64,000 bases of DNA from a virus (taxonomy: Duplodnaviria; Caudoviricetes): IMG/VR virus record IMGVR_UViG_3300050491_000011. One strand, written 5' to 3'. Below the pieces are notes generated by a model. That model worked only from the letters and a program-made list of their open reading frames with translations. It had not been told where the DNA came from and did not search any database. The stretch's first letter is position 1, and each line of letters begins with the position of its first letter. Both the position numbers and the translations under genes were made by a program. Below, piece after piece: positions 1-7,512 of the stretch.

Positions 1-603
1 ACTGAAGCTGATTGTACTGATCCCTGATGCGCCGGTAGCGATCTTGCCGATGAACATACGCCCACTCGTCTCAGCCAGTGCAGTTTTCGAGATCATGTAC
101 TTGAGTACAGACCCGTCGAACTTCAGATAAGTGAAGAACAACTTGTTAGCTGGCGATGGGTCAATCGAGCTCAGGTTGATGTTGATGATTGGAGCCGGTA
201 GATCGAAACCTGCCATCATCGACGGAATCTCAGCTGTGAAGGAAATGATCCAACCAGCGAATGAGATCGGCAGCGCGGCCCCCGTAAAGTTACCAAACCG
301 ACTGATCGGCAAAGCTCCTCGTGGGATAGCGATGCCCAACACCGCATTAACCGTATCGTTATCGACGCCATCGAGACTATCAGCGGTGATTCCGTGCGGG
401 TTGTTTTTATCAGCCACATGTGTGGTGCCGACTAACTTGCCGGCATTGATGAGCGTGGTAGCGGTATCCGTACCGATCAGCTTGGCGTTATCAGCCAAAC
501 CAGCGGTATCCGGCTTCTTACCGAGCGCCGCCAAGACTTTGATACGAAGCGCATCAAACGCGTCATGCATCAATTGGATCAGCTGGTTATTGTCGTCAGC
601 CAT
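1..603 (-). CDS. Tail fibre/baseplate-associated protein paralog; 3' end runs off the window
   Basis: Absent from the ORF track. Manual translation from ATG at 603 (GGAG upstream) gives MADDNNQLIQLMHDAFDALRIK...HVADKNNPHGIT...LPISRFG...GWIISF...MFIGKIAT, open to base 1. It shares NNPH, PISRFG and C-terminal motifs with the two neighbouring ORFs. Confidence 0.75.
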   Translation of the reverse strand, partial: MADDNNQLIQLMHDAFDALRIKVLAALGKKPDTAGLADNAKLIGTDTATTLINAGKLVGTTHVADKNNPHGITADSLDGVDNDTVNAVLGIAIPRGALPISRFGNFTGAALPISFAGWIISFTAEIPSMMAGFDLPAPIININLSSIDPSPANKLFFTYLKFDGSVLKYMISKTALAETSGRMFIGKIATGASGISTISFS

Positions 604-616
604 TGGAATGCTCCGA

Positions 617-1333
617 TTAACTTAACCAGTCGTTACCGATGTGGTCAGTGAAGACTGGGAGATCAGCAGTGCTAGGAATCGCAGCGCCGACAGCATCCTT
701 GGAGGTACGGTAGTGATCAAGCTTGGTAACCACGGACAGACTGACTGCCGTAAAGGTGTTAGCGTTGGTCGTAACCGAACCGATATAGAAGCGTGTCCAT
801 GTCTCACTCAGTGTCGTTTCCGATACCGTGTACTTAGCGACACCACCTACGACCTCAACGTACAGTTTGTACGTCTTGTTAGCTGGGGTGCCGAACAGAG
901 CCACGAAGTCGATCGATTGCGCAGGGAGGTTGTAATACGTACCCCACATGAGCAATGGGTTAGCCGTCAGAAAGTTCAGAACAAACTGAACGTAACCCGT
1001 CAGGATCACCGTACCGCCGAGATCACCGAACTGCGAAACAGGAAGAACCCCTTGGATCAACTTCTCAGCCGCCGATGTGTTTACGTCAGCAGGTGTTGGA
1101 GCATCCAGAATAGCTGGGGTTAATGCGTGGGGGTTATTCGTCAACAGAGCGTGGGCTGTGATAGTCGAATCAACCTGGGTTTTCATATCCGCCGGAATCA
1201 CCCCATTGAGCGCGGTACTGTTGTCAGCAGTACCGGCCGTAGGAGCTTTCCGGGTCAAGATGCGAGTGATTTGGTTGGTGAACGATGTCACCTTCGTCTT
1301 CAGCTCTTCAATCTTTTCCAGAAGCGTTGACAT
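617..1333 (-). CDS. Short tail fibre/baseplate-associated protein paralog (phiKZ gp131-135-like family, by resemblance)
   Basis: 238 aa with HALLTNNPH, LPVSQFG and C-terminal YIGSVTTN...AAIPSTADLP, all shared with the neighbours. Confidence 0.7.
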   Translation of the reverse strand: MSTLLEKIEELKTKVTSFTNQITRILTRKAPTAGTADNSTALNGVIPADMKTQVDSTITAHALLTNNPHALTPAILDAPTPADVNTSAAEKLIQGVLPVSQFGDLGGTVILTGYVQFVLNFLTANPLLMWGTYYNLPAQSIDFVALFGTPANKTYKLYVEVVGGVAKYTVSETTLSETWTRFYIGSVTTNANTFTAVSLSVVTKLDHYRTSKDAVGAAIPSTADLPVFTDHIGNDWLS

Positions 1334-1337
1334 TTGA

Positions 1338-4241
1338 TCAGCTCCATTCCAGAGTGTCTGGGGATGAAGGCAAGCCGTTACTCACAGGGATCGACGAACC
1401 AAGCGCTTCAGTGTTGAGGCGGAAGGTGCCAATGCGAGTGACCTTATCTGTAACGATCGATGTAATCTTCACGTCGTTCGTGGTGATAGTACCCAAGAAC
1501 ATCGTACCGATACCTTCATTAGAAGGACCTTGATCGATCGAGTAAGCACAGCTGTCGCCAGACTGCTTCAGATAAATGTAGAACGTCTTGTTCTTCAGCG
1601 CATTCGCTTCAGTGAAGATGAGGGACAGGTCGATGGTCTGCACCGGCATCACGAAGTACTTCCCGCCAATCACAACAGGCACAGGCTCGGAGAAGTAAAC
1701 AACCCACCCCTGAGCAACTTCCTGAGAGGCGAGAACAACACGATCCTCGATCGGTGGAACTACCGTCTTCACCCACGCATCGAACTCAGCTTCCGTTTTA
1801 GCGATCGGTAGGAACACCAACTTTGTAGCATCGTCGGTGATACCAGTCGCGTCAAGAGTCGCCCAGCTGCAACCAAACCCCAACGCAGGCGACGCCACGA
1901 AGTTACGGGTGTTGGTGTAGTGGTTGAACAGAACGTTGTTGTAGAGGTTGGTCGCAACGAACAATCCTGTTGACTTCTTGTACTTGAACGCAATGCAGGA
2001 CAATGCGGACGAGCCAGGTACGTTGCAGTTCCACACGTTAGACGAACCGATGAGGAATGCATCAGCCACTTCGTAGATGATGCACGCGCCAGCGTTGTTC
2101 GAGTTCGTCGAAGAGAAGCCGAGGCTGTTGGCGGTGTTCGCGTAGATAATGCCGGGCGGAAGAATAACGCCAATGCTGGAGATCCCGATCACGTTACCAG
2201 CGCCATCCTGAGTCAGGTTGACCTTGGCCACTGTGATACCATGCTGCCTTACAGTTGTCGTGAAATTACACATGACGAACGGAGGGCAGGATGTTGATGT
2301 TGGAATCACGAGATCAGCTTTGACCTCATCGAGCGAATAACCGAGTCCTGTCAGTTGGCTGGCGAGCATCCCTTCCAACGCTGTCATCAGCGCGGCAGTG
2401 ATACTTACAGATGGACCAACCACCAAGTCAGAACTGATGCTAGACGCACCGGTAAACTTAGCCCCAGTGAGGAAGCGCTTACCTGTGGTGGTGATCACGC
2501 CAGCCTGAGAGAACTCCTGCACCAAGCACACGTAGTTCGATTCGGTCAAGCCATCGTCAGCCACGTACTTACGGACAGTCGACGGTTTATAGCCTTTCAT
2601 GTCCGTCAGATAAAGGGATTTGTAATTGTAGGTAGGCGAGCCTTCAAGGTTCGTATACGCCACACCACGCTTCCAGTTACCGTTCTTATCAACACCGTCC
2701 GACCACAGGAGCAAACGGCTTGGCGAAAGGATTACCGGAGTAACCAAGTTACCGCCAACAGGCGAACCGTACTGCGCCCGGTTAACAACAACCGTTCTGG
2801 CAGTTGTCACAGCGACATTCGCATTCAGGGCGTCGAACTTACTCGTCCACCCAGTCACCTTACCGTAGATAAGCTGAATGCCATCGACAGTGTTCTGGTT
2901 CATGATCCGTGCAACGTTACCGGAATCATCGAAACAGTATTGCGACTGTTGGGCGCCAGAGGCCGACAGCGCGTCACGCTCAAGGATGTCGAATACAGGA
3001 CCTGTGTAGATATCAGCATCCGGCTGTGTAGATGTCGCCGTGTTCTGAACATCGTATCCAGCATCGAGCGCAGCAACCTTGGTGACAGGGTTGTAAACCC
3101 AGCTGAACGACATGGCTCGGTAAGCAGCGCCAACTACGACGTAACGAGACTGAGACCAGACCTTAGTCCGGATAGTCCCGTCAGGACCTACAGCCGATAC
3201 CATTGCTGGAATGCCGTAGTACATTGCGTTGACGGATGCAAACGTGCCAGAGTTCAGAACCATTGGCTTATCAGCAGCCACGGTACTCATGAGCTTATTA
3301 CAGAAGCGCATGGTGTCGAGGTCGTTATACGCAACGTTACCGAAGCCGGTAGTATCAATGCCGGTGGTTCTAACGAAGGTAACAACACCGCCATTAGCGG
3401 CTACGACGTCAGAGAGATCCACGGTCGATACATCGACCTCCCACGGCACTTGACCGGTGGTTGGGTTTGTCAGCCCGTAATAGATGATCTGATCACCTGC
3501 TACGAAGCATTCACCCGTACCACCACCCATCAGAGCAAAGTTAGCCTCAGTGACGACAGCACCAGTATGCTTACTATCGTCCAGCGTACCGTTGGTTAGG
3601 GAGATGAAGTAATCGCCAGCGACGCCATTAGCATCCTGAAGTCGACCGAATACGATCGTGTCAGAACACGAGAACACTTGCTGCGCTGTCTTACCCGCCG
3701 GGAAATAGGAAGGTTGATAGCGCTTGTTCGTCTTCGTCGGCTGTTGATTAGGTTTAACCACGGCGCCAGCAACGTATGCGTAGTAAACACCACGCACAGA
3801 ACCGTTGGTAGCGTTACGCAGATAGACGAGCGTACCGTCATCTTCAAACATCGATGCCGCGGTCTTTGGGTTGAATGTGGTTGTACCAGATTCAAACGTA
3901 CCCAAGATACCTGTCGGCAGATAGGTGTTACTACCGAACCGAGAGATAGGGCAGATCCCAGATGGGAGCAATGGGTCTTGAACAGCTTCCCACTGATCCT
4001 TTGTGATGATGCCTACCGATGCAGCTGTGTCGTTGTGAGCAGCTGGACCTGTCTTCTGGACGTGGGTGTTCACTGCGCCACGAATGAACGCAGTGAGTGC
4101 CGTCAACGCCATCCCGCCTACCTTGAGAGTAGTGTCAGCCAGCACAGCGAACTTACGTTTGTTTTTGACGATATCGGCCGTCAGGCTGTACAGTCGATTC
4201 ATCGCCGCTTTGTTCTCGGCGATCTTCTCGCTTAAACTCAT
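1338..4241 (-). CDS. Large tail fibre/receptor-binding virion protein (phiKZ gp131-like family)
   Basis: 967 aa, beta-rich, Thr/Val/Gly-rich. N-terminal PISRFG and C-terminal GWVVYF...FLGTITTN...SSIPVSNGLP modules match the short paralogs. Confidence 0.7.
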   Translation of the reverse strand: MSLSEKIAENKAAMNRLYSLTADIVKNKRKFAVLADTTLKVGGMALTALTAFIRGAVNTHVQKTGPAAHNDTAASVGIITKDQWEAVQDPLLPSGICPISRFGSNTYLPTGILGTFESGTTTFNPKTAASMFEDDGTLVYLRNATNGSVRGVYYAYVAGAVVKPNQQPTKTNKRYQPSYFPAGKTAQQVFSCSDTIVFGRLQDANGVAGDYFISLTNGTLDDSKHTGAVVTEANFALMGGGTGECFVAGDQIIYYGLTNPTTGQVPWEVDVSTVDLSDVVAANGGVVTFVRTTGIDTTGFGNVAYNDLDTMRFCNKLMSTVAADKPMVLNSGTFASVNAMYYGIPAMVSAVGPDGTIRTKVWSQSRYVVVGAAYRAMSFSWVYNPVTKVAALDAGYDVQNTATSTQPDADIYTGPVFDILERDALSASGAQQSQYCFDDSGNVARIMNQNTVDGIQLIYGKVTGWTSKFDALNANVAVTTARTVVVNRAQYGSPVGGNLVTPVILSPSRLLLWSDGVDKNGNWKRGVAYTNLEGSPTYNYKSLYLTDMKGYKPSTVRKYVADDGLTESNYVCLVQEFSQAGVITTTGKRFLTGAKFTGASSISSDLVVGPSVSITAALMTALEGMLASQLTGLGYSLDEVKADLVIPTSTSCPPFVMCNFTTTVRQHGITVAKVNLTQDGAGNVIGISSIGVILPPGIIYANTANSLGFSSTNSNNAGACIIYEVADAFLIGSSNVWNCNVPGSSALSCIAFKYKKSTGLFVATNLYNNVLFNHYTNTRNFVASPALGFGCSWATLDATGITDDATKLVFLPIAKTEAEFDAWVKTVVPPIEDRVVLASQEVAQGWVVYFSEPVPVVIGGKYFVMPVQTIDLSLIFTEANALKNKTFYIYLKQSGDSCAYSIDQGPSNEGIGTMFLGTITTNDVKITSIVTDKVTRIGTFRLNTEALGSSIPVSNGLPSSPDTLEWS

Positions 4242-4257
4242 GGGATGGCATCCTTAG

Positions 4258-4971
4258 TTAAATTTGAGCCAGTTGGTTCGCAGCGGTGTTGTAGGAATCG
4301 GTCATCGAAACAACCAGGTTCTCAACGTCGTCAGCGGACACACCGAAGCCCAACGATTCAAGACGTGCGTCGATCTCGTCTGCTGTGTAGAACTCAGACA
4401 TGAGGATCGGCGGGTTCTGCAACCAGTCGTTGGTACGTTCACGGATCGCAGCAGCGATGTCGTAGTTCGAGGTGATCAGCTCAGCCATACCGGTCAAGTC
4501 ATCTGCCGGGTGGTTGTGTTCGGTCGGAGGATAGACCTCAGGCTTCCCGCTGACTTCATCGAAGGTGACAAAGCGTGGATCACTGATCTTGTTCGACATG
4601 ATCTCGAGGATCTTGTTCTCTGGCAGAGTCCAGTTACCACCAAGAGTTTGGTAGGTCTGAACGATCTCACCGGAGAGAGTCAGGTCAAACAGAAGGATAC
4701 TGGCATACACGCCGCCCTTCTTGTTCTGCAACTCGTAGCTTGCAGCATTAAAGCGGTGACCAGGAGCCCAGTCCGTACCACGGATCAGCGTCCGCCCGGT
4801 AGGAGTGTGCTTGAGAACCATGGTATCGCGGAAGAACGGACCAGCCCACGGCAGAATGAAGTGGAACTCCAATTCTTCTTGCGGAGGCTGTAGTGTGCGC
4901 TTCTCATTGATGACCTTGTTCGTTACAGCGGCGCCCGTTTCGTCCAACGGGTAAAGATAATCGGTAGCCAT
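4258..4971 (-). CDS. Virion structural protein (baseplate/fibre attachment)
   Basis: 237 aa with YPLDETG...NKVINE...LPWAGPFF, a pattern I recognise from phiKZ-like baseplate proteins, plus a tail-type HNHPADDLTG motif. It sits in the tail-fibre operon. Confidence 0.6.
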   Translation of the reverse strand: MATDYLYPLDETGAAVTNKVINEKRTLQPPQEELEFHFILPWAGPFFRDTMVLKHTPTGRTLIRGTDWAPGHRFNAASYELQNKKGGVYASILLFDLTLSGEIVQTYQTLGGNWTLPENKILEIMSNKISDPRFVTFDEVSGKPEVYPPTEHNHPADDLTGMAELITSNYDIAAAIRERTNDWLQNPPILMSEFYTADEIDARLESLGFGVSADDVENLVVSMTDSYNTAANQLAQI

Positions 4972-4990
4972 TTACTGGTCCCCATTAAAA

Positions 4991-5030
4991 TATGAGCCTC
5001 AACGGTTTATTGAGGTAATGAACATATGAT
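4991..5030. promoter_or_regulatory. Divergent late-promoter region (TATG / palindromic CATATG)
   Basis: AT-rich 71-bp gap between divergent structural genes, with TATG at 4991 and CATATG at 5023-5028. TATG is the established phiKZ late-promoter core. Confidence 0.45.
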
Positions 5031-5042
5031 TTTTTACTTGAG

Positions 5043-6314
5043 GTGTTTTATATGTATACCTGCGTAAAAGCACTCATTCGCCAACGAGGCGATAATCAGA
5101 GATTGACTGAAGCGCAGGTAGGCGATGCGGCGGTTCGTACTCTGATGGCTGAGAACAGTACGGTCTATTTGGTCCTTACTCATCCGACCATTACTGGTCA
5201 GGTTGGCTTGGATCTGGATACGATTGAAGATGACATCTACCGCATTGCCGACGGTATTACTGTCGACCAGTGGCTTCATGCGAATGGTGATGCTACCCTA
5301 CCGACAACAACTCCTCTGATGAAGAAGGAAGCGGCTTCCTGCGGTTACAACGACCTCTTCGCAGCGGGCTACAAGATTCAACTCCAACACCCAACAGCGG
5401 GTGAAGGTACTCAGCTTCCTGACAGCGAGCTTACAGACATTCTGGTAACGAAGTCTGGGTTCGATTACAAGATGCTCTTCGACTATGGTCTTGCCACAGT
5501 CAATGGTCTTCTCCACTTGACCGATTACTCGACCCGTGGTTGGAAGATCAAAGAAGGCGGTCGTTCCACTCAGTTCGCCAAGCGTCACGATCTGGGCCTG
5601 ATCAGTTTCAAGAACGTCGGTAAGCTGACGTGCATCCCGATCAAGCCTTCGATGGTTCTGCCTTACGCTGACCAGCCCATGAAGAATGGCTTCGTCATTA
5701 AAGTGCCGGGCGTTGACCTCAGCACCAAAGTCGTGATGATGTCTATCGGTGGTTACCTCCACTTTGCCAATGAATGCTACAACGTCATCGGCGATCGTTC
5801 GATTAAGTTCGACTGGTGGAAATATCCGCTGGAACACCGCTACTACAATTCCAACAAACTGATCAACATGAAGGCCTTCACCGACACGATGGTTCGGAAT
5901 GAAGATCACGGCGATGCGTTGGACTTGAACCAAGCGAACAGCGACGCTTCCATCACGGCGTACATGTCTCTGCCGCAGTCGTTCATCATCCTGCTGGATG
6001 CGAAGAACTTCTACTACGAGCGTCACGCTGTGGAACGCACTGGTCTGCCTGGCCGCTACTACAGCTACGAACTGCCGAAGTTCCCATTGCAGCTTGAGAA
6101 CGGTTTGCTGCCAGCTTACGTGGCCATGCCTGAATCGGGTATGTATTCTCTCGCAATCCACGAGAACCTGATTCGTAGCTTCCAGCACGACACGAAGAAG
6201 CCTGCCGACGACATGTACTTCAACGGCGCACGCAAATCCTCTAACCTCGGACATTACGCTTCTGCGTATCTGCTCGAGATGGGGACTGAGTTCTTGACTC
6301 AGCCTTCTGCGTAG
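5043..6314 (+). CDS. Conserved phiKZ-like virion structural protein
   Basis: 423 aa with GAGGT RBS and phage-typical codon usage, located between the fibre and spike genes. Function is assigned by synteny only. Confidence 0.5.
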   Translation: MFYMYTCVKALIRQRGDNQRLTEAQVGDAAVRTLMAENSTVYLVLTHPTITGQVGLDLDTIEDDIYRIADGITVDQWLHANGDATLPTTTPLMKKEAASCGYNDLFAAGYKIQLQHPTAGEGTQLPDSELTDILVTKSGFDYKMLFDYGLATVNGLLHLTDYSTRGWKIKEGGRSTQFAKRHDLGLISFKNVGKLTCIPIKPSMVLPYADQPMKNGFVIKVPGVDLSTKVVMMSIGGYLHFANECYNVIGDRSIKFDWWKYPLEHRYYNSNKLINMKAFTDTMVRNEDHGDALDLNQANSDASITAYMSLPQSFIILLDAKNFYYERHAVERTGLPGRYYSYELPKFPLQLENGLLPAYVAMPESGMYSLAIHENLIRSFQHDTKKPADDMYFNGARKSSNLGHYASAYLLEMGTEFLTQPSA

Positions 6315-6318
6315 ATGT

Positions 6319-6355
6319 GACATAAGAGCCGGGGCTTCCCCCGGCTCTCTATGCT
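6319..6355. terminator. Bidirectional CATAA-hairpin-TATG element
   Basis: gacataag-agccgggg-cttc-cccggctct-ctatgctg between convergent genes; no U-tract. Confidence 0.7.
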
Positions 6356-6356
6356 G

Positions 6357-6623
6357 TCAACTTGGTAATGTCATCCATGGGTTGCCGTTGGCTTCGTGGC
6401 CACAGCTTGCATGGTTACCTGAACGAACGACGGGGATACCATTGAACGTCATCCATGCAGAACCTTCAACCATCTTAGGTCCTGCGTGAGAGCCCGTACC
6501 GTGGCCGGCAACGTCGTCCCCTACCAAGGAGATGGGTTTACCGAGAACGGTCCATGGAACAGCTCCTGGACCGGTAATGACCCCACCTGCTTGCGATTCA
6601 CCTACGAGAGAGATCTGAGGCAT
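6357..6623 (-). CDS. PAAR-like baseplate spike tip protein
   Basis: 88 aa from ATG at 6623. Gly-rich repeats PISLVGD / PVVRSGN and Zn-ligand pattern GHG..H...SCGH. The ATG overlaps the spike stop (TGATG). Confidence 0.85.
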   Translation of the reverse strand: MPQISLVGESQAGGVITGPGAVPWTVLGKPISLVGDDVAGHGTGSHAGPKMVEGSAWMTFNGIPVVRSGNHASCGHEANGNPWMTLPS

Positions 6624-7441
6624 CAAGTAGTACCTACGAACTTAGGAGTTTTGAGGGTGGTTGACCCGGCATTCATCGTGAGAATGGAGCCACCACCATC
6701 GATCATGGCTTGAACACCAGCCTTCATGTTGATGTTCTTACCGGCTGTCAGGGTGAAGTCACGACCTGCTTTACCGATGATGTCTCGAGGTGCATTAACC
6801 TTGAGGTCTTCCTGATCGAGCTTTAGGAATGTACCCTTAGCGTTCTCAAGATGGATCAAGTTCAACGCACTGGCCAAGAACATGAAGTTGCCGATGTCGT
6901 CCTTGAGCGTGAATGTGCCCTCAGCCAGATCGAAGAACATCTCGTACAGAAAAGGTTCGCCATTCGCTTTACAGCTACGGAACGAGAGCATCTTACTGTG
7001 GGACGAGAGTTCAAACCAGTACATGTTGTCGAGACCGAGAGTTGTAGACCCTTCGTCTTGAGTTGCACTGATACCGAAGATGATGGTCTCAAGCTTTCTG
7101 AGGTTGTCATCCAGACCCATGGTCCGCCAATAGTACTTATCGTGATCCGCTGTTTGCAGGATCTCCACACGCTCACCACGGCGTACATCGGGTGCAGTCA
7201 ACCGGTTGGTGCCAGAAGGCAGCCAAGTCGCTGTGATGCTGTTGGAGGAGATCATACCGCCACTCACGGCGTTACCATCGATGTCTTTGGTCTGATACGT
7301 CTCAGCTGTTTCGTTACCGGTCAATTCACCGTCACGCATTGGCAGCCATTCAATAGGGACCACATCGACGGTCTTGCTGCCCAGCTCTTTGTTCGTGTCG
7401 ATACGACCGATACCGACCGTTCTGAAAACTGATACATCCAT
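6623..7441 (-). CDS. Baseplate central spike (gpV/gp5-like; phiKZ gp164-like by synteny)
   Basis: 272 aa. OB-fold-like N-terminus (WLPSGTNRLTAPDVRRGERV) and C-terminal beta-helix-like repeats. Directly upstream of the PAAR gene and divergent from SbcC. Confidence 0.75.
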   Translation of the reverse strand: MDVSVFRTVGIGRIDTNKELGSKTVDVVPIEWLPMRDGELTGNETAETYQTKDIDGNAVSGGMISSNSITATWLPSGTNRLTAPDVRRGERVEILQTADHDKYYWRTMGLDDNLRKLETIIFGISATQDEGSTTLGLDNMYWFELSSHSKMLSFRSCKANGEPFLYEMFFDLAEGTFTLKDDIGNFMFLASALNLIHLENAKGTFLKLDQEDLKVNAPRDIIGKAGRDFTLTAGKNINMKAGVQAMIDGGGSILTMNAGSTTLKTPKFVGTT

Positions 7442-7468
7442 GACGGTTCCTCTAAATCAAATTTAACC

Positions 7469-7484
7469 AAACGTCTTAATGATA
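7469..7484 (+). promoter_or_regulatory. Candidate promoter motif AAACGTCYTAATGATA
   Basis: Lies 29 bp upstream of sbcC. It is 15/16 identical to 63395-63410. Confidence 0.4.
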
Positions 7485-7512
7485 CAATAGCACTACTCAC
7501 GGAGCATCCGCG

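Noticed and set aside
131-625. 164-aa + strand ORF from the track
   Set aside because: Shadow of the real minus-strand fibre paralog at 1-603, which has an RBS and family motifs.
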